Of a stretch of 64,000 bases of DNA, positions 13,211 through 24,924 are shown piece after piece. The DNA lies in contig NC_092672.1 in the NCBI RefSeq assembly GCF_964355755.1, forward strand, positions 31,626,437-31,690,436, given 5' to 3'. Under the pieces are notes generated by a model. The model made no database searches and was not told the DNA's origin. It was given only the letters and a program-made list of their open reading frames with translations. Every line of letters starts with the position of its first letter. Position 1 is the first letter of the stretch. The stretch comes from Antedon mediterranea. Lineage: Eukaryota; Animalia; Echinodermata. The position numbers and the translations under genes were made by a program.

Positions 13211-13343
13211 ATACTTACAGTCGAAATATCTAAACTTGTTAGGATCTGGAGTTCTGTCCACACTGGTTGGTTGCTACGATTCTAAATGAATACAATATGT
13301 CGTATGTAGGCCTACAGTACCTAATATATATTGTTAGACCAAT
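13211..13343 (-). promoter_or_regulatory. Putative non-coding first exon/promoter of GPCR paralog 2
   Basis: Donor 13217-13218, TCATTT, CCAAT 13339-13343; lacks the GAGGGCGC box seen in the other modules. Confidence 0.55.
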
Positions 13344-13781
13344 TACAGGTAGTTTATGACAAGTAAAAATTACATTGTTAATATAAAGCGAAGTAATCTT
13401 TCAGTTTATTAAGAATCTATAATTCCTTCTTTTTATAAATGTTTAAGAAAATCGATACACGGCCTCCAGATGTGTATACTATATTATGAACGTATATATG
13501 AACGTGACAATTATATTGCAACATATACATGTTAGGCCATGTATTATCAAGGCCGTAGCGAGAGGTTTACAAAAAAAAATTTCTTACAAAAAACGCCGCT
13601 CGACTTTTTGACTAACATTTTTAATCATTGTTCTTTCTTTAGATATTACAACAATCTGACTTGTAGTTTTCGAAATATACGGTCCAAAGCATCGCCGAAA
13701 ATAATCGTTTTTAGCCACGAACGAAGTAAATAAATAAATTGCGTCATCAGTAGGCAATTGTATGTACTTTAAAAATTACGG

Positions 13782-14587
13782 TTTTTAGTCGCGTGGAAGC
13801 GACTCTATAGTTCACTATGTCGGTCGGTTGGTCGGTCTGTCTGTCTGTCGGTCTGTCTGTCTGTCTGTCGGTCCGGTATCACTATGCGTTTTATCGCTTT
13901 CTGCCCTTATCTTGATATCAGTTTAATCTAGCTAGGTCAATTTTTCACAGTATATTCCTAATGGCCAGGAATCAATGTGGTTATGTTTTCACGGTGCGCA
14001 ATAAAAAATTACGCGGTCTACGCACGATTTAACGAAATCACGTTTGTAATCATATCTTCACAACCATGAATCACAATTAAATAAAATTTGGTACTCATAA
14101 ATTTCAGGGCATAAATCATCATATGGCAATACAATTACGTGCGTAGCGCATGTAACGCATGCGTACGCGCGCTTAAAATTTTCAAAATTTATTTTCGATG
14201 AAATAAGAGTACATTTCAGGCAATTTTAAGCGTTTACAAAATTGCCATGAGTGCGCATATTTTTGCGCGCGCACTGCGCGTTAAATGTTTTTGCGCACTC
14301 TTTTTGCCCGATTTCTGTTTTCTTGACTTACTTTTCAACTCGAAATTACGTTATACGAGCACGTCGAAAGTGACAGGCTACGCACGTGTAAATTAAAAAA
14401 ATATAAATGTTTTTAAACATTTCAACATTTTTAAACATGTTCAGTAATTTCGGTCAGTATAGTTCACTATGTCGGTCGGTCGGTATGTCTGTCTGTCGGT
14501 CTGTCTGTCGGTCTGTCTGTCGGTCTGTCTGTCGGTACGGTATCACTATGCATTGTATCACGCGACTTAATGGCTGTTGGCCTTGTT
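13782..14587 (+). mobile_element. Helentron/DINE-1-like non-autonomous element
   Basis: T-rich ends, subterminal inverted repeat AGTCGCGTG..CACGCGACT, two core blocks with (GTCY)n microsatellite, 3' end GGCCTTGTT. Confidence 0.7.
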
Positions 14588-14863
14588 AATAATATATTTT
14601 GTATATCAACATTGTAAAATTCAATCAAATATGATATTCATTGTTTATTAAATAAAAAAGAGTGTTTATTTAACCTCATTCAAAGAATTTCAATATATTA
14701 TTTATCAGACGTGTGTTAGACATGCAATCCTCAGAGACAACGTGCCTTCAGGGAACACGTAAGGAAATTCTTCCGCAGTCTGTTGATTCGCGTCAACCAC
14801 CAATCAAAGGGCGAGAATCCAAAATCATTCAACCATGAGCCCTCATAGACTCTCTTTTCCCAG

Positions 14864-15112
14864 ACGTTTTTTGGGTCCAGCAGTTTGGAACTATAAATTA
14901 GTCGAGTTTACAAAATTCCGATTGTAATTGTACTGTACTTACTTCCTCATGCTTATTTTTTCACGCTGGTGCTCCAGTCAGCTACGTCCCATGATGACTA
15001 CGCATTCAGAAGCTAAAGCAAACAGCAGTTATGGTATCTAAGGCCGACAGTTATGCGACTTTGTAAACTCGACTATACTTTATAGATCCCAGCTGCTGGA
15101 CCCAAAAAAACG
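14864..15112. mobile_element. MITE-like inverted-repeat element
   Basis: cgttttttgggtccagcag..tagtcgagtttacaaa is inverted as tttgtaaactcgacta..ctgctggacccaaaaaaacg. Confidence 0.7.
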
Positions 15113-15785
15113 TATTTATGTTTCTATTTTCCAAATCTCTCATGAATACGCATGCGTATAAGCTGACGCTTTTGATTTGTGTGAACAAATTCGTCTAGTG
15201 TACGGAATTATGTTGTGAACGAGATCACTGAAACACTACTAAAAACATGATAATTAAATTAAAGTATACAATACAATCAACACTTTACAAATTAGGCCTA
15301 CTTCTAATTTCCTTCGATAAGGCTTGGTCTACACATGCATTGTCTGCTACTATCTTTACTTGCCATTAACACAGCGTATTCAGTTGTCAAAGATTATTGA
15401 GATATTAAAAGAATCAAATTTTCCAAAGCATCATTTAAAAAACTTCAGAATGGAATAAATTGTGCTCAACGTTCATCGATATTCAATTGTGGTAAGATAT
15501 AAACAACTTCAGTTTGCTGAACTGCAAAAAAAACCACTAATGTGTAGAGGTTTATAGTCTGGTTTGCCGATTCTGAACCGACTGGCGACATGAACATTAC
15601 TTCTACCCTATATTGACTGCTCTGATTATTCACGGAATACTCCAGGCGTAATCTGGTCTTATTTCGGCAACATTGGAGGGCAGGTGATGGATTATTAACT
15701 CATCGAAAAAATGGACAAATTAGGGAGGAAAAAAGAAAAGGAACAAAACAAGAAAAGAGAAGGAAATAAGAAAACAAAATCCGAT

Positions 15786-16612
15786 TATCAATATTTATCC
15801 AAGACTCAAAATGAGGATTTCCTCCTTAGATTTATATTTATATTAAAACATGTTGTTAGTTTGTATTCAATGCAACCCACTTTTTCGATTTACATAATGA
15901 ATATCTAATTGTTTCTGTTTGAACGATAAGTCAGTGTTTATTACTGTACGTATGAAAACGTTTCCGTGATAAATCTCAAAACAAGATTCTTAGCTAGGCC
16001 TAAAAAAGACTGCGTCAATGTTGCAGAAACGGAGCTAGCTATACCTGCCAAATATACACACCTTTTTAATGAATTTCTTATAATAACAAATATAAAATGT
16101 AAATCTAATCTAGATTTATCACTTGATCAGATATTTTATTTTATGCAAGATATTATGTAAAAGATAAAAAATGGTACTGGTCTCCGCCCAAAATGTATCT
16201 ATTATATTTGCTCATTGAACTGTTATGCACGCATGGCTCGGAAATTCTGGTTATCAATACTTTTTCCAAGATTCAAAAAGAGGATTTCCTCCTTAGATTT
16301 ACATTTATATTAAAACATGTTGTTAGTTTGTATTCAATGCAACCCACTTTTTCGATTTACATAATGAATATCTAATTGTTTCTGTTTGAACGATAAGTCA
16401 GTGTTTATTACTGTACGTATGAAAACGTTTCCGTGATAAATCTCGAAACAAGATTCTTAGCTAAGGCCTAAAAAAGACTGCGTCGATGTTGCAGAAACGG
16501 AGCTAGCTATACCTGCCAAATATACACACCTTTTTAATGAATTTCTTATAATAAAAAATATAAAATGTAAATCTAATCTAGATTTATCACTTGATCAGAT
16601 ATTTTATTTTAT
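15786..16612. repeat. Recent ~360-bp direct duplication (15786-16142 and 16251-16612)
   Basis: Near-identical blocks; explains the duplicated spurious ORF ends EDFLLRF..IYIMNI. Confidence 0.9.
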
Positions 16613-17185
16613 TTAATCTTTTCAGTGAGAGCATTAAAGGACAACTAGACCGAGGACCATATTTTTACAACGTATTAGGGATGTACATATGATTTCAGAA
16701 CAATCGCGAGTTTAAGGATATCGCCGCACGCACTCGCCGTACAGCCGTCGCCATATATTGCTGTGACGTCACAGGTTCATCGCAAAATCTACTTAAAAGG
16801 AAAAAAAAACAATTAAAAAAAAACAACATTTATATTTTTTACGATTTATTTACAAAGTGTGTTTACTAGAAATGTTCGCGATTTGCCAGACTTTGCAGAA
16901 AACTCAAAAGCTGTCTCTCTAAAATTAATTGTTCCTGCCTGAAGTGAAAAATATTATTACCAAGTTTTTGTATAGACAAGCATTATTACGCTCAAGAGCT
17001 ATTAAATTCTGAAAATGTTATTGATTGTTGCAACTCTTTGGATTTGATTTACCAATGATCGATTTCGGAGTAACATAAAATAACTTTCTGTTCTTTTGCG
17101 TGTCGGTTTTACGTTGCATTCACGTTATTTTTAAATATTGTCTACGCCATTCTTGCGCTGCGTTTACGTGAACTAAGCGCGAGGC

Positions 17186-18235
17186 TTAATAAAACCAATG
17201 ACACGTACCACTTGTAACATTGAAACATTTTAGACCGAGGAATTTCAAAAACACTTCTCTGATTTTAGGATTTGTAAGTGCATAAAGGAATGGATTGATG
17301 GCAGAGTTGCCCCACAAGAGGTAGTTGACGACCTCCAAAAGCATGTGATTCGGCGCATCATCGATGATACTCCATATAAGCACAATAGAATAAGGAGTCC
17401 AGCAGACGACAAATGTAGAAACTAACGCCGCAAGAGTCACTGCTGATTTTCGATGTCGTCTCGCTGAAGAAATTTTCGTATTAACGTTTTGTCTGCCAGA
17501 ATCTGAAGTCGAACGACCTGCACTGATTGATAAATTATTGTCTGCAACCTGAAGTATTGATTGGTTGTGATTTATACGCGCACGATGACGTATCTCGTTA
17601 TATACATTGATATTTAAATACAGTATAATGGTTAGCGGTATTAACAGCTTAACGAATACTGCAGTTGCCAAATTGTACGCTAGACTTTCTTCAGATTCCA
17701 TTTCGCAATCTTCTGAATAATCAATTATTTGTTCACCACTGAATTTCTCCCAGAATAAAATTGGAATTGCGTAATATGGCAGGACAGCCGCCCACGAGAC
17801 AAGAATCATTACGGTAACTCGTGTTGTAGTCTGAAACTGACGGTATTTTAATTTCAATTTTAACATCCAGTACCGATCCAAACTGATTAAGATAATACCA
17901 CAAACAGAAACAGCACATGCCGTGTAGTCAATGATCAACCACATTTTACAGACGCCTTCACCAAATGGCCAATAATCAAACATTAGCCACAGAGTGTTTA
18001 AAGGAAACGAGAAAGCGCCAGTTAAAAAGTCAACAATAGAAAGATTCAAGATGAACAAATTCGCTGGATTCGAACGAAGCGATTTTTCTGTTGTGAGAGC
18101 AAAAATGACTAAACCGTTTCCCAACACGGTTACAATGGATAACAGCCAGCCTATTACGATTCCGCCGGATACAATCAAAGCATCGTCAGTTTGATTTCCG
18201 ACGTCATAGTGGGAGGAGGAGGAGGACGATTCCAT
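17186..18235 (-). CDS. Histamine H3/H4-like aminergic class A GPCR (paralog 3), 349 aa
   Basis: Intact 7TM ORF with D3.32, DRY, CWTPY, W7.43, NPFLY; 5'UTR acceptor at ~18265. Confidence 0.9.
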   Translation of the reverse strand: MESSSSSSHYDVGNQTDDALIVSGGIVIGWLLSIVTVLGNGLVIFALTTEKSLRSNPANLFILNLSIVDFLTGAFSFPLNTLWLMFDYWPFGEGVCKMWLIIDYTACAVSVCGIILISLDRYWMLKLKLKYRQFQTTTRVTVMILVSWAAVLPYYAIPILFWEKFSGEQIIDYSEDCEMESEESLAYNLATAVFVKLLIPLTIILYLNINVYNEIRHRARINHNQSILQVADNNLSISAGRSTSDSGRQNVNTKISSARRHRKSAVTLAALVSTFVVCWTPYSIVLIWSIIDDAPNHMLLEVVNYLLWGNSAINPFLYALTNPKIREVFLKFLGLKCFNVTSGTCHWFY

Positions 18236-18876
18236 ATTGATGTGGACTTACACAAATACTGAACCTAAAATAAAACAATATAGTTAGAATGAATATGTGT
18301 CTATTAGGTCATGTTCTTCTACTACCGCCTTTAAATCTGCCTTGAAAACTCCTCTTTTTCTTTCAAATTGAACTCTCTCAGACACCGCGCATTTGATCAC
18401 TTACTGCTGGAATTGGCGCATTACAAATTCGTATTATTGATAACAGGGCCTAGTGATTTGTGAACGTTTGTGGCGGATCTAGCATTTTTAAAGGGCATTT
18501 CTGCTCATTTTATTGAGATCCAGCTACTGTTACCAACAGCATTGCCATTTTCTTCCTGTAGGTCTAATTTACATTTGAATTTTAAATAACACTTTTAATT
18601 AACACGTTGATCGGTTATTATGGCAAACAGACAAACAATTCAAGATTATTATATAGGGGGAGGGCGTGCCCTCGACTAAGTATTCCGATATCTTTGCTCT
18701 AAAATATGACATTTAGGATTAAAGATTATTTTTTTTGGAATGATTGTGAATTTCAATATAATACTAAAAGTATAAGATCGTGATGCAACAGGTGTAAACA
18801 ACATTAGAAAAAGCAAAAATGTTTATGTTTATGTTTATTGTTTTGATTTATATACAGTATTAACATACATAATTAT

Positions 18877-19476
18877 ATACTTACTTTCCTCACTGTGGCT
18901 GATTATCTTAGCACTCCTAAGTCTCTGGAGGTCTTGTCCACACGAGTTGTAATGTTGCTAAGATCCTAATAAATGACTACAATATAAGGTCTTGTCCACA
19001 CGAGTTGTAATGTTGCTACGATCCTAATAAATGACTACAATATGAGATCTTGTCCACACGAGTTGTAATGTTGCTACGATCCTAATAAATGACTACAATA
19101 TGAGGTCGTGTCCACACGAGTTGTAATGTTGCTACGATCCTAATAAATGACTACAATATGAGGTCTTATCCACACGAGTTGTAATGTTGCTACGATCCTA
19201 ATAAATGACTACAATAAGAGGTCTTGTCCACACGAGTTGTAATGTTGCTACGATCCTAATAAATGACTGCAATATGAGGTCTTGTCCACACGAGTTGTAA
19301 TGTTGCTACGATCCTAATAAATGACTACAATAATGTGGTGTGTGTGTACCTACATATACACTTTTAGACCAATCATAACACAACAAAATAAACGAGTGGC
19401 TGTGTAACATTTTAACAAAAAACAGTATACAGTAACCTTGCATTTACAATTATATCATCCGTAATCAGGAGGGCGC
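18877..19476 (-). promoter_or_regulatory. Putative first exon/promoter of GPCR paralog 3, interrupted by a VNTR
   Basis: Donor 18883-18884, CCAAT 19369-19373, GAGGGCGC 19469-19476. Confidence 0.55.
18931..19332. repeat. 58-bp minisatellite, 7 copies
   Basis: Unit gtcttgtccacacgagttgtaatgttgctacgatcctaataaatgactacaatatgag, head-to-tail with no spacers. Confidence 0.95.
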
Positions 19477-20134
19477 GCGCAAACGATATACTCGAGTAAA
19501 ACTCTAGAGCTGCATTAAAGAAATGCTATTTTAGTCTTTTAATTTCTTAATTTCACACGAATATTACTCGCGTGTCACAGCATGATTACACGTGTCACAA
19601 ACGGCAGGCCTATTCATTATAAACCTACTTATTCAATGTATTTAGAAAATAATTTAATTAAAGTTTTAAATGGTACTGTTTTGTGAACAAGCTCATTGAA
19701 ATTATTACTAAAAGCAGGATAATTAAATCAAATTATAACGACACTTTACGAATAGGTCTACTTTAATTATTTTTCTTAGGTAAGATTTGGCCTACACATG
19801 TATTGTCTGTTTGTCTTCACTTGCCATTAACAGCGTATTCAGTTTTCAAAGATAGTGAAATATTAAAAGCATGAAGTATGCCGAAGCATCATTTAAAACA
19901 ATTACTGTTTTTATTGTTCGTAAAGTTGATCGATAATCAAATATGGTAAGATATAAACAATTATGTGCTGAGGAGAAACTGAGAGAAATACTTGGCAAAA
20001 AAAACAGTAGCAGAGGACGTGCTATTTTATAATATGTCAGCCCATAATGAATCTTACTTGAATCTTACTTGAATCTTCGGGCTCTTGATTAAGGCAAATG
20101 CCTTTTAAACGCCCTCCATTTCTTCTGTATTTAT

Positions 20135-23100
20135 CTAGAATTGGTAGCAAAATTTATCTCCCATTGCTCTGTCTTTGTTTAGTTGATCCTTGAATGCATT
20201 TATGTTTTCTGCTTGTACTGTAGTGTGGTATAGATTGTTCCATGTGTTGACGATTCTACATGAAAAGGAGTGGCTTCTGATTTTCAGTCGGGCTCTTGGC
20301 TTTCTTAATTTGAATTGATGGCCCCTTGTTCTACTGTCCTCTCTAAAGTCAAAAAAGGTTTCGGCTTCAATATCATCCAAGCCCTTGATAATTTTAAACA
20401 CTTGTATAATGTCCGCTCTCCTTCTTCTGTAATTCAGTGTAGGTAATCCAAGCTCTTTTAATCTCTGATCGTAAGATTTATCTCTTAACTTTTTGACAAT
20501 TTTAGTGGCCCTACGCTGCACTCTTTCAAGCTTATCCAAATCACCTTTTAGGAGAGGGTACCATATACAGCTTGCGTATTCCAGATGAGGTCGAATTATA
20601 CTTTTATAAAGGGGCAGGAACATATCCTTATCCATGTAAGCAAAAGATCGCCTTACCAATCCAATGAGTCTATTTGCTTTATTTACAGCTTCATTCGTAT
20701 GTAGTGAAAATTTTAAAGACTGATCAAAAGTAACTCCAAGGTCCTTTTCAGTATTGGCATTTGGCAGATCCTCGTCACCTTCCTCTGTTGGCATAGTGAA
20801 TTGCATTTGTGGATTTGAATTTCCATAATGTATTACTTTACATTTATTAATGTTGAATTTCAGCTGCCATCTTTTAGACCAATCGGATAATGCCTTGAGA
20901 TCATTTTGAACAGTATCATTTCTGTTTTCATACACAACATTAAACATCTTAGTGTCATCTGCAAACATCCATACTTTAGATTTAACTGCATCAGGTAGGT
21001 CGTTTATGAAAATGATAAATAATAAAGGGCCTAACACGCTGCCTTGAGGGACTCCGCTTTTAACCGTAGACCATTCAGAAAATGCTGCGGCCACTCTAAC
21101 TCTTTGTCTCCTCCCTGTCAAAAATTGATGTATCCATCTCAGTAGGTTTCCTTTTATTCCGTACGCTTCCAATTTTGTTATTAATCTCTGGTGGGGGATA
21201 GAATCGAATGCCTTACTAAAATCCAAATATACAGCATCAAAGTTTTCTCCCGCATCCAGCAATTTCGTCCATTCTTCCATCACCTCCAGCAATTGTGTGA
21301 CGCAAGATCTACCTTTCCGAAACCCATGCTGTGCTTTTATAATAAGGTTTCTATCATTTAGAAACTGTATAATTTTGTCTCTCACAATTGATTCCAAAAG
21401 TTTGCATACGACAGATGTCAAACTTACTGGCCTGTAGTTTCCAACCTCCGTCTTGTCCCCTTTCTTAAAAATTGGTACTACATTTGCACATTTCCAGCAC
21501 TCCGGTAACTGTCCAGTCGATAGTGATTTGTTGTATATTGACGTCAATGGAGTTGCAACAATTTCTTTAAGTTCCTTCAGTACTCTTGGATGCACGTCAT
21601 CTGGTCCAGCTGATTTATTTGAGTTCATCTGCTGAAGGCATGTAAGCACTTCCTCCTTTGTCACTTCAATTGACTCCAAATGGTCATCCACGTCAACTCT
21701 TGGTGTAACTTCTGGCAATGACTCGAGGTCTTCATTCGTGAATACACTTGTGAAAAATGCGTTGAAAATTTCCGCTTTATGCTGATTGTCATCAGCCATA
21801 TTACCCTTTCCATCCTTCACCAATCCAATAGATTGAGTTGTTTTGGTTTTCTCTCTTACATATTTCCAGAAACTTTTAGGATTTTTTTTTACTTCATTGC
21901 AAATTTTCCGCTCCAGTGCAATCTTTGCTGCCCTTTTTTCACCTGTTACTATATTTCTTGCCTTTTTGTAACTGTCATAATCCTTCTGTTGTCGAGACCT
22001 TGTAAACTTTTTCCATGCATTATGTTTCATTTTAATTTTCCTCTGAACGTCACCAGTCATCCAGATAGGTTTATTTTCTTTTTTTATGTTTGACTTGGGA
22101 ATACAGATCTGAACAGCATTTCTTATTGATTTATTTAAAGCTTCACAGGCCTCTTCAACATTTGTATTTTCAAATTGGTAGTCCACCTCAGTAATCAGTT
22201 CTTTCATTTTAATATAGTCACCCTTGTTGAAATTTAGCTTGTATTCCATTTTTTCTTGTATTTTAGTTACACAGTCATATGAAAACAAGATTGTTACGTG
22301 GTCGCTTTTTCCTAATGGTGGACCTATCTCAATTTCACTTATTTTGGTTTCATCCATGGTGATTACTAAGTCGAGTATGTTAGGTGTTTGACCATCTCGA
22401 AATCGTGTTGGTTGCTGTATACACTGGCATAGAAAATTATCTCTAAGGCATTCTATAAACCGATTACTTTTATGTGTTTCTTTTTTATTTGTACTCCAAG
22501 AAATCCAATCAATTTCAGGAAAATTGAAATCTCCTAACATGATGAAATCAGAAATACCATTTAGTTCACTTGCTTTGTTGATAGCAGATAGTAACGCTTG
22601 ATTATTTTCGTCAATACTGTTAGGACTTCTGTAAATACATCCGCATAATAGTTGTTGCCTTTTATTTATTTCAATTTTGATCCATAGTGCTTCCACAAAA
22701 TTTAAATTCAGTAATTCGTTACAGATACTGGCATTCAGCTCTTCCTTCGCAAAAATAACCACACCTCTACCACTTCTGCCAGAATCAAATTTTGTGTATC
22801 CCTTGATGCTTAACTCAACTTCCAATATGTCTGTACAAGTTTTGTTATTTACTTCAGTTATTGCAACCACATCAGGTTTCCTTTGATTCATAATATCACG
22901 TAACTCACCTATTTTATTTCTCAGGGCATCTGCGTTTGTGTAAAGAAATTTCAACGACTTCTCATGAAAATCAACAATATCATCGTTTCTTAAACTAGAT
23001 TTCTTCTGCTTTAATCCTTCTATAAAAGTTTTAAATTTTTTCTTGTCCTCTGAACATTTTTTTTTTCTTATAAATTTTTGTTTCACTTTTCTTTCTAAGT

Positions 23101-23182
23101 TAAAATAATTTTCTTCAAAACAAAAAGATTCTATATTTGAAAATTCTTTATGATGATGAACTAGGGCCTCGAAAACGATCAA
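20135..23182 (-). CDS. CR1 ORF2 endonuclease-reverse transcriptase (transposon-encoded), 1015 aa
   Basis: YRSP, GDFN, SDH endonuclease motifs; NYRPVSLTS, QHGFR, YLDFSKAFD, GVPQGSVLGP, FADD RT motifs; no stops. True start uncertain. Confidence 0.85.
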   Translation of the reverse strand: MIVFEALVHHHKEFSNIESFCFEENYFNLERKVKQKFIRKKKCSEDKKKFKTFIEGLKQKKSSLRNDDIVDFHEKSLKFLYTNADALRNKIGELRDIMNQRKPDVVAITEVNNKTCTDILEVELSIKGYTKFDSGRSGRGVVIFAKEELNASICNELLNLNFVEALWIKIEINKRQQLLCGCIYRSPNSIDENNQALLSAINKASELNGISDFIMLGDFNFPEIDWISWSTNKKETHKSNRFIECLRDNFLCQCIQQPTRFRDGQTPNILDLVITMDETKISEIEIGPPLGKSDHVTILFSYDCVTKIQEKMEYKLNFNKGDYIKMKELITEVDYQFENTNVEEACEALNKSIRNAVQICIPKSNIKKENKPIWMTGDVQRKIKMKHNAWKKFTRSRQQKDYDSYKKARNIVTGEKRAAKIALERKICNEVKKNPKSFWKYVREKTKTTQSIGLVKDGKGNMADDNQHKAEIFNAFFTSVFTNEDLESLPEVTPRVDVDDHLESIEVTKEEVLTCLQQMNSNKSAGPDDVHPRVLKELKEIVATPLTSIYNKSLSTGQLPECWKCANVVPIFKKGDKTEVGNYRPVSLTSVVCKLLESIVRDKIIQFLNDRNLIIKAQHGFRKGRSCVTQLLEVMEEWTKLLDAGENFDAVYLDFSKAFDSIPHQRLITKLEAYGIKGNLLRWIHQFLTGRRQRVRVAAAFSEWSTVKSGVPQGSVLGPLLFIIFINDLPDAVKSKVWMFADDTKMFNVVYENRNDTVQNDLKALSDWSKRWQLKFNINKCKVIHYGNSNPQMQFTMPTEEGDEDLPNANTEKDLGVTFDQSLKFSLHTNEAVNKANRLIGLVRRSFAYMDKDMFLPLYKSIIRPHLEYASCIWYPLLKGDLDKLERVQRRATKIVKKLRDKSYDQRLKELGLPTLNYRRRRADIIQVFKIIKGLDDIEAETFFDFREDSRTRGHQFKLRKPRARLKIRSHSFSCRIVNTWNNLYHTTVQAENINAFKDQLNKDRAMGDKFCYQF

Positions 23183-23693
23183 ACGCCAGTTCGCTATCCC
23201 GCTTCATAATTTTACCTCTTCTTATAACAAGATCAATCTCGCCGTTATCTTTCCTTGATCTTAGTTCCTGTCTTAACTCATAGTTCATTTGCCTCTCTTT
23301 TTTTGATCTATCAGGATTAATATATATGTTCTTTAGAAATGCGTGATCCGTGCTTCTAAGTTTTTTTGCATTTACCATCACTTCCCTTTTACTTTTCAGG
23401 CTATCCAGAGAAACTCTTGCCATTCTACACCCGTCTTCCGTGTATTTCCCAAGCCTGATCACTTCTGTTATTTCAACTCCCTCTATCTCTAGACACTCAT
23501 TGAATAATTTCTCAATAGCAACCCTGTCTTCCTTCAGTCTCTGCTGAGAACTTTGGTTATCAGATTCAGGTAGATTTTCGATCACAATATTTAATTTACG
23601 AGATTCTCTATCTCTATATTCTTCAATGCCTTCCTGAACACTCTCTTTAATTTTCCCATCCATTAGATCGTAGCTCTCTTTTAATTCTATCAA
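23148..23693 (-). CDS. CR1 ORF1 C-terminal portion (transposon-encoded, truncated)
   Basis: Coiled-coil end plus RRM-like/CTD motifs (NIVIENLPE, IRLGK, IYINPD) directly upstream of ORF2. Confidence 0.65.
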   Translation of the reverse strand: MIELKESYDLMDGKIKESVQEGIEEYRDRESRKLNIVIENLPESDNQSSQQRLKEDRVAIEKLFNECLEIEGVEITEVIRLGKYTEDGCRMARVSLDSLKSKREVMVNAKKLRSTDHAFLKNIYINPDRSKKERQMNYELRQELRSRKDNGEIDLVIRRGKIMKRDSELAFDRFRGPSSSS

Positions 23694-24768
23694 ATTATTT
23701 CTTGTGTCGACCTGGATTTTTTCAATGACTTCAATGTTTTTCTGAAGATAAAGATAACTTGAGATGCGTATTGAATTGGGGAAAAACGATCTATTGGTGA
23801 CGTCACAAATGCTTATTCAAATCTCGAGTTATCACGCCCTCTGTTGCTTACTTCATTTCGCTCAGTTTCTCGGCGCTTTTTAAACGTTACTGTAGTTTAA
23901 ATTTAATTTCATTGGTTTTAATAGAGGTGGATAGTGTATCCACATATTTAGTTAAGGTCCATGTGTTAATGAAATCATCAAATAGCAATATATTACAACG
24001 TTTATAGTAGTTCTTCTTTTATATGAACTTGGCCCCGTGTCAATAGACAATAGAAAAGTGTATATAGATACAGTACAGAATCCATTTACACAAAAAGAAA
24101 TTTAATAGAATTATTCAAAATCAATTAAACATTTTAAATTATGTAATCATCGGCTCGCAATAGACACATACATCGACAATCTGATCCGTCAACAATCATA
24201 CTTAAAAACACCCATCTTTTAAAAATCAATTAACAAATGAATAGATATAAAAAGTCAGTGAATGCTTCCACGTCAAAATAAGCCGAGAAAGAAGAAAAAG
24301 ATCGAGTTCTACTAGCCCCGTAAATCTCTGAGCCTGACGTAACCGAAGCAACAGAAGTGGGTATGCGGAGGTGGGAACTTCAATATTCCACCGTCAATAA
24401 GGTTAACCAAGACTCGATCATTTTAAATCAGGAGGGGGAGCACTTGATCAAAGGAATTGACGAGACCGAACATAAACAAACGGAACTAGAAAAATCACAT
24501 TTACCAGTGATTTTCCGGTAATGGTAGAGAGAAACAAATAAAACATCAAGGGACGCCGAACGGAACAACGTCACATTGTGTGTACGAGTAATTTCGTTTT
24601 AATTTGAAATTGGTACGAGTAATTGATGCATTTCATGTTTTTAATCATTTTGTCTTGATTAAGATTGTCTATAATAGGCCTAATAATTATCTCCGTTTCC
24701 CTGTAATCTTTACATTATGTACGACATAATTTACCCAGCATCATGGTATTACATTTACATATAACTAA

Positions 24769-24924
24769 AGCCTTATCTACACTATCAAACTTAATGTGAC
24801 AAAAAAAAAATGCGATGTGCCCATATATAAACATGATGCCATATTTAAGCATATCACTACAATATTTCGGCACATCATCACGCTTATTTTTTTGTCAAAC
24901 CAGTTTGATAGTGTAGACAGTGCT
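24769..24924. mobile_element. MITE family A copy
   Basis: tctacactatcaaact..agtttgatagtgtagacag termini. Confidence 0.75.

Larger units (their letters stand above)
20048..23745 (-). mobile_element. CR1-clade LINE, 5'-truncated within ORF1, with intact ORF2
   Basis: ORF1 C-terminal part (RESRKLNIVIENLPE) overlapping an APE+RT ORF2; 3' tail of (AAGATTCAAGT)n at 20048-20078. The 5' boundary is approximate. Confidence 0.92.

Noticed and set aside
18931-19332. CRISPR-like array
   Set aside because: Units are head-to-tail with no unique spacers, no cas genes, and a eukaryotic context; the same applies to 28745-29910 and 47215-47515.
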